Assembly (NCBI GenBank): GCA_016748015.1
Contig: JAAOMT010000776.1
Location: 431,496 to 495,495, forward strand
DNA from: Geosiphon pyriformis uo1
Lineage: Eukaryota; Fungi; Glomeromycota
Reading direction: 5' to 3'
Length of the DNA stretch: 64,000 nucleotides
Each line of letters opens with the position of its first letter. Position 1 is the first letter of the stretch. Position numbers and translations under genes: made by a program. The notes beneath the pieces are model-generated. The model ran no database searches. It worked only from the letters and a program-made list of their open reading frames with translations, and was not told the DNA's origin. This document shows positions 35,214-48,432 of the stretch, one piece after another.

Positions 35214-38200
35214 ATGACAATCAAAACAACAGAACCATTAACAATAATGTTTCCAACCAAAGAACCAATCATGCCAACATCAATTTCTTTGAAGAGGATC
35301 CCCTAGTTGAAGCCACTGTTTATCAGCCTTTAAACTGATAGGCACACCTCCAAAGGGTGAGAGTGCAAGCCAACCAGAAAAAAACCCTTTTTATGCTTTT
35401 AACCTAATTGATGATGATCATGATATGGATAAACTAGCAATCAACACCTCTGAATCAACCAGAAAGAAGAAAAAAGCCAAGGTTGATTTCGTTATAGATA
35501 CAAACAAAGCATTCAAATCATCTGCTGATAACAACAAGCCACCAAAGGCTAAGGTTTTTAAAAATTCTCCAAAGTTGAAACCCCCAGAAATTGTACAAAA
35601 ATCTGGACCCTATTCTGTTGTTAAAGATCTCATGGAAACCCCAGCACACATTACATTTGGCCAACTGATGACCCATCTACAGTTCAGAAAAGACCTTCAC
35701 AAATTATTGATACCAAAAAAGAAGACACCAAAAACCAACAAACACCTTCACCAAGCTGGACTTGCTGATAACAGCAATGTCACTCCTCTGATTTGTAAAG
35801 CCCAAGTGGCTGGTTACTTTATTGATCTGATCCTAGACAGTAGATCATCTGTTAGTGTAATTGCCAAACATTTTCTTGAAGCAATTGGAAGAAAGATTGA
35901 TGAGCCTTCCACAAAATTAATGACTAATGTACATGGTGACAAAAAGAAAGGCCTGGGCATAGCCAAAGCTATTCCTGTCCGCATAAATGGTATCAGCATT
36001 GAAACAGATATGGAAGTATCTGAAGCAAAAGAGTACACCATCATTGTTGGTAATGAATGGCTTAAAAAAGCCAAAGCACTACTTGACTATAAACTTTGTG
36101 AGCTAACCATCAGATGTGGTGAGAAACCCATTGTGATTAAATGCTGATATTGGACAACCCCTTCAGTACTCAAGCAAAATCAAGAAGAAGAACAATCAGA
36201 TAAATCAAATGATAATGAAAGTAATGATGAAGATCAAGAAGAACAAAAAAAAACTGCTGAACTCACCTATACCATCTTCACCAGCAATGACAAGCCACTG
36301 AACAATGTTAAAGCTGACAAAGAAGAAATCATGATAAATGGCAAGCTGATCTGCTGGCCCTATTATGATATCTTCAGAAGAATCTTTGACAGAAAACCTA
36401 GCAAGAAAGCAAAATACAGTTATTGGTGGCATGGTTCTTGTGCATGGTGCTGGTGTAATAAGTCTTTGTATTCACCAAGTGATAAATGCAAATCCTGCCT
36501 AATCTACTACAAAGATTGGGAACCAATTAGCTTGATACCTTGAGAAGAACTTAAAGTCCTTTGAGAATGAACCACCTGAAATCCAATCACTAGTTGTAAA
36601 CAAAGAGAATCTTCTCCTGAAGAAAGAAAAATAGACATTGAAAATCTGTTGGCTAGAAATAGCCCAGTTATCTCAAAAAAAGGTGATGCCTCTGGACAAA
36701 CTCATGTGATACAACACATCATCACCACCAAAGAAACTTGCCCCATCTATTTGAAGCCTTATTAATCTAATTGATGCAATGATAAGTTTATCAAGGAAGA
36801 GATAAACCAGATGAAAGATCTTGGATTCATACAAGAAACCAAGAGTAAATGGGCTTTCCCAGTTGTAGTGGTATCCAAGAAAGGTGGAACCCTATGCTTC
36901 TGTGTTGACTACTGCCAATTAAATGCCATTTCTATAAGAGACATATATCCACTCCCCAAAATTGATGCAATGCTAGATAAATTCAATGGTGCTGCTTTCT
37001 TCTCAACCATTGACTTAACTGCTGGATTCTGGCAAGTAGAGATAGATCCAAAAAGCAGAAAAAAAACTGTCTTTATCACTAAGTACGGCACCTATGAATT
37101 CACAATCATGCCTTTTGGTCTCACCAATGCTTTTCTCACCTTTCAATGCCTAATGGATAAAGTGTTTGAATCAGTAAAAAAAAACTTTGTTCTGGTTTAC
37201 TTGGACGACATAATAGTATATTTAAAAACCTAGAATGAACACCTTGAACATTTACAAAAGATTTTTGACCTGCTCCGAAATGCTGGCCTTAAGATCAACC
37301 CAATTAAATCTTTCTTTAGACCCCAATTCATCCAGTTTCTTGGTCATTTTATTACAAAAAATGGAATCTTTTCTGATCCAGCTAAAATTGAAAAAGTTCA
37401 AAACATTAGACAACCAATGAATGTTCCTAAACTATGCTCTTTCTTTGGTTTGGCCTCTTACTATAACAAATTTATCCAAAATTGCCTTTTTTCTCAATCA
37501 GCTACTCAGAAAAAATGTCAATTATTACTGGGACACTCATCAACAAAAAGCTTTTGAATTTCTGAAGGAAAAACTTGTTATTGAACCAATTCTTAAACAA
37601 TCTGATATGGACCAACTTTTTACTCTCCACACTGATACATCTGGCTATGAACTTGGTGCTGTTTTTTTACAAAAAGATGAAAATAGCAGAGAACATACCA
37701 TAGCATATGCCAGTAGATGCCTTACACCAGCAGAAAAAAACTACTTAGTTACAGAACAGGAATGCCTAGCAGTAGTTTAGGCTACTAGCTACTGGGATCA
37801 ATATCTTCTTGGTGCAAAATTCTTAGTGGTAACAGATCATCAAGTTTTGGTTTGGCTGCGCAAGAAAAAGAAGCTGGAACACAAACAAATAACTTGCTGG
37901 ATACTTCACTTGGATGAATTCGACTATAATATTCAACACCACAAAGGAGCAAATCATCAAAATGCTGATGAGTAACTCCTTTATAAAAACAAACATGATA
38001 ATAGACTTAAACAACTACTCTGCCTTAATAAAATTTTTGGGTAAAGAACAATATTCATTAGAATACACTTAACAGTAAAAAAAACATTTGCACAAACAAT
38101 CAAATTTCTATTTGATCTGCCAGAACCAATTATATAAAAAAAACAGAAAAAATCCTGACTGCCTTCAAAGAGTCATCAGATTTGAAGAAAGAGAAATTGT

Positions 38201-40716
38201 AATATATAACATGCACACTGACTCATTAGCTGGACACTTTGGAAAAACAAAAACAATTCAAAAAACTTTAGCTCATTATTATTGGCCTACCTTGGGAAAA
38301 AACATTGCTGAATACATTAAAATCTGTAATATCTGCCAAAGAAAAGGCAAATCCAATCACAAAGAAGACATCCATCCAATCTCTGTTGGTCAATCCTTTG
38401 ACAGAATTGGTATAGATGTTGTTAGACCTTTAACAATCACTTCTGATGGCAACAGATATATTATTACAGCTACTGACTATCTTACAAAGTGAGTAGAAGC
38501 AAGAACTACTCCAGACCAAACAGCAGTCTTAATAGCCAATTTTATTTATGAAGATATTATCTGCTGTCATGGCTGCTTCAAAGAACTTTTATCTGATAGA
38601 GGAAGAGCTTTTTTTAGTACACTGGTTAAAGAACTTTGTAGAAAAATGGGAATACATCATAAACTTTCCTCCCCTTATTACTCCCAAACAAATGGCTTAG
38701 TGAAACGTTTTAATAGAACATTATGTGAAACCTTAGCCAAAACCAGTGAAGAAACAAACTTATGAGACAAAGTACTGTCTTCAGCTTTGTTTGCTTATAG
38801 AACTGTGAATTATGACATAACAAGTTATGAACCTTTTTATCTGCTCTATAGATGAATGGCAACACTACCAATAGAAACTAATATTGAGACAATACCCTTT
38901 GAAAAGATCACAATAGGAAATTACAAAGACATTTTGCAAAGAAGACTTGGTATCATTCTTGACTCACTTGTAAAAGCACGAATAATTGTCTTTGAAAAGA
39001 TAAAACAGTTCCAAGAAAAGCTTAAAAAGAAAAAAACTTATAAAACACTTTCTTTAAGTGTTGGTGACTTAGTTTTGGAATACTGCTCAGACAGAGACAA
39101 TGTCTATGGTGATAAATTCTCTAGTTGGTGGAAAGGTCCTTTTATAGTCAACAAAGTTTTGAACAATGGTTCTTATATTCTTCAAGATCAATCTGAAACA
39201 ATCTTTAATGATCGTCCTGTTCATGGCACACAACTCAAGAAATATCACAAATGACCTGATTGGTTACCAGTTGTGGTAATACCAACCCAAATGATCAGCA
39301 AAAACCAAGTATAAATAAATGCATTATTCCCAAAACAGAGGTATCTTCAATTGACATGAACAATTATTTTCTGAATCAAAACATTCAAAACGCTTTCTAT
39401 ACTCTCTATGAGTATTGGATCAAAAACTATCCAAATGCTACTCTGATTATTGGAAAACAGACCACAATAACTGACAACAATGGAACTCATACTGTTATCA
39501 GACCAAAGAAAACAACTACCAGAAGAGAAAAAATTGGTAGCAAAATGGATAAGTATCTGTTAGAAAACATAACAGTAGCAATACTTGTACCTTCTATCAC
39601 AATTGGAAAAACAATTAAAGAAATCTTGCCCATAGACAAAAACTTGTCATATGGAAGACAACTAGAGCTCTATGGTTGCCTTGGTGAAATTATAGAAGAC
39701 ATAAAGCTCATGAAGAAAACAACTTCTAAGATACAAGTGGAAATTTTGGGCATTATACAGTTGGATGTCCCAAAAGTTTTGACTATTGCCAGAAGAGCCA
39801 AAACTCTTATACAAAGATTTGGTCTTTTGGATACAAAGCTCATTTTGCCTCAAGTACTATACACTTTATCCACAAAAGACTTTAACAAACTAGTTAGTTT
39901 TAAGTTAGATAAAACCTTTTAATTAGAATATCTTATAAATAGTTTGATTTTGCCAGAGCTCAATTTCTTTGGAGAGGATGATATTATGGTTGAAACTCAT
40001 AGTTTTTATTAGTTATTACATGTATTAGCCACTAATGTCATATAATTAGCCAATCTATTTTTAGATAGTAATCATTGATCTGATCAATGACCTGATTGTT
40101 GACCTGATTATTAACCTAATCATTAACCTGATCAATGATCTGACTGTTGACCTGATCATTGACCTGATCATTGATCTGGTCATTGACTATTTTTCATAGC
40201 TATATAAGCAATAAGTCTTTTAGCTATAGAAATGTATGTTCCAATAATCAAAGAAATATAATAAAACAACTTTTATCTCAAACATTCTCTTATCACTAAT
40301 TTTTTTTTCCCTACCTTCAAGTATCTGAACATCTTTTGAATAAAAAATCTCTTGTTGGTGTTTATCTGTCTTTTCCTGAAACGATTAAATGAAGTATTTG
40401 AAGATTATTTGAATAAACATGACTGAAAAGCACAAGTTGATACCTGATATTGAATTCTAAGAGCACCAATGTGAGGCATAGAATTATACCAGTGGTGATT
40501 AATTGTTGACAGTACAGACTATCCTTCTACCTTCAGATTCTTTAGTTACCTTTGAAAAGAATAGCAACTGAGATATTTTATAAGACTGATCTTGCACATT
40601 GAATTCATACTCATTCAATTCACTCTTTAAAATTGAATTCCTCTTTGATTATTTCCATCACCCTACAATCCTGTTCTCTCTTGCTATCCATTAGCTTGTT
40701 ACTCCAACTCATAACA
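35214..40716 (+). mobile_element. Gypsy-A copy A4: gag end, pol (35329-39314), ORF3, PPT, 3' LTR (39982-40716, 10 array units)
   Basis: PR-RT-RH-IN order; YLDD; PPT GGAGAGGATGA; flank ATAC in the Gypsy-B integrase. Confidence 0.93.
39356..40012 (+). pseudogene. Gypsy-A ORF3, best preserved copy
   Basis: Open for 188 codons from the ATG at 39356, one TAA at 39920-39922, then continues in frame to TAG in the LTR. Confidence 0.8.
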
Positions 40717-43700
40717 ATACTAATGATATAAACAAATCCCATTTATTCTGGTTTTTTTGACTAATTTTGACAATTGCTTCACACAATGTTCTGTTGAATC
40801 TTTCAACTAAATCATTTGTTTGTGAATAATATGATGATAATAATAGTCTCTTAATTCCAAATCTTTGACTTAATTCTGTTAATGTTCTGTTTACAAAGTG
40901 GGTTTTTTAATTTAATAACAGTTTTTTTAAACATTTATATTGGCAAATCAAATCTTGATAAACAAATTTGGCTACAAATTCTGTATCTGCTCTTTGAATT
41001 GCTTTTACTTCTGGCTATTTTGTGAGATAATTCATGGCAATTACTATATAATAATTGCTTCTGCTGGTTATTGTTAATGGTTTAACTAAGTTAATTCCAA
41101 TTCTATCAAATGATTGTTTTATTCTAATTGGTCTTAGTGGTTTACTGGGTCTTGTTCCTTTTCTTTTCTGACAAGTATTACAATTTTAAACATATTAAAT
41201 GATATTTGAATATATTGATGGCCAATAATATTTTTTTCAGGTTTTTTTTATGGTTGTTTCTTTATAAAAATGTCTGGCTGTTTGATCTGAGTGTATTTTG
41301 TATAATATTGTTTCTTTTTCTGGTTCTGTGATTACTCTAAGTGGTTGATTTGGATCTTTTCTGTTTTTCTAATATAATATATTTTGATGAGTAATAAAAT
41401 ACTTTGATTGTTGTTTTATGTTGTTTTCTTTTTTTTGAGATAGTTTTTCTTTGAACTGCTGGATATTAATATAGTGTTGGAGTTATTGATATTATTGTGT
41501 ATTCATCTTTTGTTATATTTTTAAATTAAAATGTTCTTAGATTTGTTTCATTTGCAACAAACTGTCAGCATTTCTATTTTTTTTCCTTTTTTATAATATA
41601 CTGTATATTTGAATAATGAAAGTTCTATTTTTTATTTGGCATGGCAATCATTTTCAAATTTTTGTTTCTGAATTGATGTCAATTCTTTGTGATTAGTATA
41701 TATTTTAAATTTCTGGCTTAAATATTCTTTCCATTTAATAACTACCCAATAGATAGCTAAATGTTCTAGTATTAGTGTTTTATAGTTCTTTTTTGCTAGA
41801 TTCAAGCTTTGGCTAATATATACTACTGGATGTTTTCATTTATCCAGTCCTTTTTGAAATAATATGGCTCTCAATGTTTAACCAAATGCATTAATAATAG
41901 TGATAAATGACTTGCTGTAATTTGGATAGATTAATACTAGTGCTTAAATGAGCTTTTTTTTTAAAATGTTGAAAGCTTTTTGCTGAGCTTCAGTCCATTT
42001 ATATTTCATATTTTTTGTTTGGAGTTGTGGAGTGGTTGGACCAGTTTGGAAAAATTCTGAATAAAGTGGCAATAATATTTAGCAAATCTCAAAAATGCTC
42101 TTAATTCTGTAAGATTTGTTAATACTAAAAAGTTTTTAACTATTTCAATCTTATCTGAATCTGTTTTGATGTCATTTTTGCTTACAACATGTTTTAAGAA
42201 TTTCAATTTTGTTTTGCCAAAGAAGCATTTGGTTGCATTTAGTTTCAATTCAGCTCTTTTTAATCTCTTAAACATCTGTTGTAAATGATAAAAATAATCA
42301 TTGAATGTTTTTGAGAACACATTAGTGTTATCCAAATACACAACTATTGATTTCTATAGTAGCCCAGTATAAACAATTTCTATGAGTTATTGAAAGATGG
42401 CTGGTGTATTGGTTAAACCAAATGGCATCACTTCAAATTCAAAATTTTTTTCTCTTGTGGTAAATGTGGTTTTCTCTTTGTTTTCCAGTTTCATAACTAC
42501 TTGCTAATAACTACTGTTTAGATTTAATTTTGAAAACCATTTTTTTCCTCTAAAAACATTAAATAATTTCTGGATCTATAGAGTCGAATAGCTATTTTTA
42601 TAAGTAATACTATTAAGTTTTCTATAATTCACACAAAAGTGGATTTTTCTATTCTTTTTATAAACTAATACTACTGATAATGATTATAAACTTATTAATA
42701 ATTGAATTAACCTATTGTTTAACATCCAATTGATTTCTTGTTAAATAATTTTATGGCTTGCTGATGGTATCCTGTATGCTTTTTGTTTAATTGGCATTGT
42801 ATCTCTAGTCTTGATCTAATGTTAGATAATATCAGTTCTGCCAAATTTATTTTCACTGGCAAAAATGTTAGTGAAATTGTTAAGCAACATTTTAAGTTGT
42901 ATCTATTAAAGTAAGTCTAGATTTCCCAAGTTTATTTGTTCTAATTGTTCTGATTAGAACAAATAACATTTTTCTTGTCTGTATATGGTTTGTAATGTGA
43001 TATTCACATATATGCACAGTTATGGAAAGTCTGGAATAATGCTTGGTGGTTGATCCTTAACTTCAATGGTTAAATATTTGATAGTAGTTCTGCTTGGTAT
43101 TTTAATGATGTCTTCAGTTGTATTGTGGATGAGAATTTTGATGTGTTTGTAATTTTTAGCCAATATATAGAAATAAGTAATAGTAATCTCTCCTAATTCA
43201 TAAATAGTGGTTTCTGCTTTAAAAATTTGGAGTTAATCTGTTACTTTTCTTTCTATAACTATTAAATACTAGTTATATAATGAAATGGAAATTAATTAAC
43301 AGATAAAGATAATTTCTCTCTTGTCAATAATTTTTTTCTCTGCTATATTAACTAGCATATCTATTTTATTTATGGATCTAAATCCATTTTTTTTTCTGGT
43401 TGTGATCTCTAATTCTTTCCTTGTTTTTACTGGCACTAATTAAGCTATTTTTACCAAAAGTAGAAATATTGCTTGTATTATTTTTTCATTTGGTTCGATT
43501 ACATATTCTTTTTCTAAGTTATTTTGTAGTATTGCAATAATATTTTCTATATATCTTGCATCAATTATTTCTCCTCTAATGTTGATTCCCTTTTTTGTTA
43601 AACTAGATCTAAATGTTAATTGAACTATTGTTGTTGTTAAAATTTCTAGTACTACTTTCAAATCAATACAAGTGTGCAAATATGATTCCATTTTAATGGC

Positions 43701-46700
43701 ATTTTTTTCTGGATATTTTAGATCAAACTTTACATTAGTATTATGTATGTGTTCTGGCATAATATCTTTGTTATTATTGCTAAACTATTTGAGTTCTTGC
43801 TTTATCAACAGATTTGGGAGTACAATATATTGTTCAGAATTATAATTGAAGTTTGAATTGTTATTGTCATTGTTATAATGAACAGAGTTGAAACTGTTAT
43901 TGTTATTATTGTCAGAGTTTAAATCATGATTAAATAGTAATTCTGATTTTATTTTGCAGCTGCTGATTGGTTTTTTTTCTTCTGAAATCGTATAGATTAT
44001 ATATAATAGTAGATTGTAAATAAAGTTACAATCATCACAATATTAAAAGTCACATGGAATTAAACAATAGTCACATAGTTGGGTGTTTAACTTTTCTAAA
44101 TACTGTTTTTGCTCTTCTTATGTAGATGCTAGATTTTGATAATGTTTATGGAAGTGTTTTTGATCATTCTTAACATTATCAAAGATATCAAAAGTGAGGA
44201 TATATTCTGATTCAGATAGTGTAAGTGGATTACTCTTAATTTTTAGCAGTTTATTAGAAGAAGCACCTTTAACCTTGGTGCTTGTCATTCTCCAGATCTC
44301 GTGTTTGTTATGTGGGTATTTTTCTAGACATCATAGTGCTTATTTCCAAGCATTGTCAATTGAAGTCTCTTTTTGTATCCAATTATTGATTAAAATTGTA
44401 TACTGACACATTTTGTCACATGTTTCTTCTCATTTAGAAATGTTATTCCATATTTTTTTGTTAAGAAGAATTGTTTTACATGCAAAACAAGGTTTATTGT
44501 CTCATTTGTCTTGTTGCTTTGGTCATTCAAAATGTTCAAGAATGCATGGTTAACAGTAGTATTTTGTTGTCATAAGCCATTCCTTATTATTATTATAACA
44601 TATGCCTATTGTTAACAATTTCTTGCCATAATCAATGCAAATTAGCTTCAGTTGACAGTAGTTGAAGTAATTAGTAATATCTGAAGTATAAGTAGAGATT
44701 GTGGCTTGGGGTTTGTCATTTTTTTTTTTCCCTTTTTCTTTTTTTTTCATGTAAATACTGATAGTAGATTTTTGTAGTTGGTGTTAGCTCATAAAACTTG
44801 GTAGACTTCCTAGGTAGATTTTTTTTTTCTTCTTCAAATTTTATTAATAGTGCCAGTATAGTGGTTTTAAAATGCCTACAGATTACTGGTACTTATGTAT
44901 ACTGACTATTCTAACTGAGCTAGAACTTCTACATGGTTCAATTAAGTATTGCATTGGTTTTGGATAGCCAGTTATTACCAACTAATGCTTAGTACTGTGT
45001 GGCTTTTATAATAAGAACTTTTATGAGCATAATGATGCTATTAACTTCAAAAAAGAAGTCATCAATTTTACCAATGGGCATTTTTATTGCTTCATCAGCA
45101 GTAATAATCCTGGTGCTAACAGTGTGATCAACTTAACAACCTAATTGGTTTATGAGTTGTTGTGTAATGATGCTGCTGGCTGATCCACTTTCTAGAATCA
45201 GTTTGATAGACTGCTCATCAACTTTGGTATTTGTATACATTGCAGTAATAAGTTTGGATTCAAAAGCAGTTTCACTAAATAGTGGTATTTTAATTGATTC
45301 CTCTAGTTTAAAAGAGAAAATGGCAGTAAGTGATTTATTTTCAGTAATAGTTGCTGAAGGTATGTTGTTAATGAGTAGTTGGATTTGATTGGATTCTTGT
45401 TTGCTAAGTTTGGTGTTTTTTGGAGTAATTAGAAGACTTAAATAGTTCTGAAAATTTGGGTTTTGGTCATACCCAGTTTCTGAACTCTATTAACATGATC
45501 TTAAAACCTGTTGTAATAAGCTGGAGATTAGTTGATATATTATTATTGCTGATTACCAGTTTTGTTGAGTGTGAGTGATTTTTAGTCTTGGATTTTTGGA
45601 TATTTAAGCTAAGTTTAATGGTGTTTGAATTGGTTGGGATTAATAGATTATTTGTAGCTATAACTAATATATTACAGATGCTGGAGTTTAATATACTGAA
45701 AGTAAGTATATTTGTTGTATTATAGGTAGATAATAAAGTTGATATTGATCCTAATTTGGTAAATAGTTCAAAGTTTGAAACCAGCAATTGGAGTTTCAAT
45801 ATTGATTTCTCAATTATTGGTTAGTTAATCTCAATTGGCAATTTATCTTTATGTGTTTTTGTTTACCATAGTAGTAGCAAATATGTGTTTCTTGCTGCCA
45901 TTGCTGATTTAATGAAAATAGACATAACTGATTTTGGAATCAATTAGAGCTTTCCTAATTATTTCACTATTGTGAAGATTAATAAATGGCCTGATTGTTA
46001 GCTAAGTATTCTTCCAATTTCTGATTAATTGAGTCACTTAATTGTTTTAATTTTGAGTTCAAGTCAGATGATCTGTTTATTACTAGATTTACAGCTTGGA
46101 TGTGATTGGCTTCGAGTTTAGTTGATTCAAAGTTTCTGGCATAAATGACTGCTGCTTGTAGTATTACTGGATGTAGTAGGCATATGTATTGTAGAATATT
46201 ACTATATAATCTGCGAATAAATTAATTTAAGATTTGCATCACTGTGAAATTATTGGCATTAATAGCTTAGATTTGGCACAAATTGTAATAAAAGCATCTT
46301 AAGTATATAGTAATGGCTTTAGTTTCTTTTTGTTTGATGATGGTAAAGGTATTTGCTAATCAGTTGATGCTGTTATTATTACTAAAATATCTTAAAAATT
46401 CAATCTTGAAATTGTTAAAATTTTGGGATTTCTGTGTCAAGCTTTAATACTATAAGTTAATAATATCTTATAAGAAATATAAAATTACTTAAAGGGCTCT
46501 GACATTGTCCTAATTATTAGCAATAATTGCTTTGGCAATGTCATTTAGCCAGATTTGGGTATTGTTTACTTCACCAGTAAACTTTTCTAATTTTGCAATT
46601 GGTATATATGCTATTAGCATAATTTGTGGTTGTTGTTAAAGTGGTTGTGGTTGCTGCTGAGATAATAGCTGTAGTTATGGTTGTGTGACAATTGGTGGAT

Positions 46701-47717
46701 TTATCACAATTACTAAAAATATGTTTTAAAAAATAATAAGAGCAGAGTTTGGATTGTTCTGATTTTGCTAAGTTGAAATGATTAGAGTTTATATTTCTGG
46801 GTTTTCTGAAATTGGGTTTTGGTTATTGATTCTCTGATCACTGTTTTCTTTTTTCTCAAAGTTGGTTATTTCCTAAAGACTAGCAGCTCCGAATTTGGTT
46901 GTGGTGGTAGTGATCAACATTCTAATAACATAGTTGATCATGAATTAAATCTTTCAAAATAATTGTCATAGATTCCTAATAGTTTAGCTTTTTCTTGTTT
47001 ACTTTGGAATAAAACTCTGAATAATGGTGGTTTTGTGTTTGCTGTGGATGTGTCTGCTGATGTTATGTTGATAATACTTCTGGGTGTATAATAGTAGGAT
47101 GAGTGTATAGGTGAATTAACTCTTGGTTTTTTTCAAGTAGGTGAATGTATTTACTTTGGTATCTCTGTTGGTGTTTGCAATCTTTCTTTTTTTTTGTCTG
47201 CAAAGATAATAAGAAATTATTGTTTGGTATATTTTTCAATTTCTCTGTTGATTTCTGTAATTTGTGATGTGAATAGGTAATTTTGTGATAGTATAGTGTG
47301 TTAGAATAATTCACTAAAAAATTGTTGAAAGCAGATTCTAAATCTTTTTGATCTTCTAAATAGTATATGATTTATTTATTGACATAATAATTGAAAGCTG
47401 ATTCTGCTGACCAACTATTATTTGTCAATACAAGATGATTTTGGTAATGTTGGAATAAAGATTTTGCAAATTCTAAGTGGTTTGTTCTTATTTTTTCTGA
47501 TTCTGCTACTGTTTTAGATAATTGCTGTTAGTGCTAGTTTTTTGTTAGATTATACTTTACAGAGAGTACCAAATATTACAATAATTATTTGGGGTCTGAA
47601 AACAAATAACAAACTTATAATTTGGTGCTTAATAATTAGTAAGTTTGGTAATTTTTGAAGGTTTTTGTGATCTGAAGGTTTTAGTTTGAGTTTTTTATAT
47701 AATAGACAGAGATTCAA
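40717..47717 (-). mobile_element. Gypsy-B copy B1 (heavily eroded): partial 5' LTR 47574-47717, PBS 47555-47571, gag, PR, Cys-rich domain, dUTPase, RT, RH, partial IN
   Basis: Collinear with 49170-56280; YLDN RT motif; LILESGSAS protease; dUTPase ORF 43440-43760. Confidence 0.88.
43370..43760 (-). pseudogene. dut: dUTPase domain of Gypsy-B pol (B1)
   Basis: FDL, RSSL, IIDARY, IIQAIF motifs. Confidence 0.85.
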
Positions 47718-48432
47718 GTATGATTTAAGTATTGAAGTTAAAGTCTATGGTTTGCTTTTTTTGACTCTGGTAGAACTGCAGGCTATTGTTCTTACTTTAG
47801 ACTATATTCTGGCTTCAAGTTCAATAATATTGTTCTCAGATAATCAGGTATTCTTAAATATATATGCTTTAATTGGTAATTGTGTTATTCTCAACTTTTG
47901 TAAAAAATGCTGGATTAAAAAGGAACACATTTATTCTATTATTGCTTTTAAAAATCTGTTAATTTGTTAAAAAAAGATTAAAAAACATTCTGGGATTGTT
48001 AATAATAAACATGCCAACTTTTTTGCTAGTGCTATCATTAAATCTAAGTTTGTATTACTTGTTAAAATGTCATATCACTTTTTTGCTATTGAAAACACGT
48101 CTGTCTTTGGAAATGCTTGTTGTTTTATGAGACATTTGTTTGAGACTATTGGTTTTATTGGCTGGAAATCCAAGTATACAAGTGGTGTTGTGGACATAGA
48201 TCTTTGTAAATTGTTGAATATACATCAGATCTTTCATGTTTAATACCCTAATAGTAGAATTTGTTCTGGTTTTTTGAATTCTGTCTTTATAGTACTAAGA
48301 TCTTATTTTATGAAGGTCCTATATTATCAACTGCCTATGGCCAAAAAAAAAATTGTACAATTCGAACTATTCTAGCATGTTATGCATTTGATATGGTTTG
48401 ATTAAGAATTTTAATCATATATTTTTGTGTGC
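47718..48432 (+). pseudogene. Fragment of a second (T-rich) LINE family Y: RNase H and zinc-finger region
   Basis: TLVELQAI...LFSDNQ...KIKKHSGIVNNKHAN pattern and eroded CxxC...HIFLC motif. Confidence 0.7.

Noticed and set aside
39280-39300. Branch point plus CAG splice acceptor for ORF3
   Set aside because: ACTGAC and ACCAAC variants point to ancestral ACCGAC, so the branch-like motif is probably a CpG decay product.
39356-39922. ORF3 as retroviral-like Env or chromodomain
   Set aside because: Too short for Env, no clear signal or transmembrane segment, and no chromodomain motif visible.
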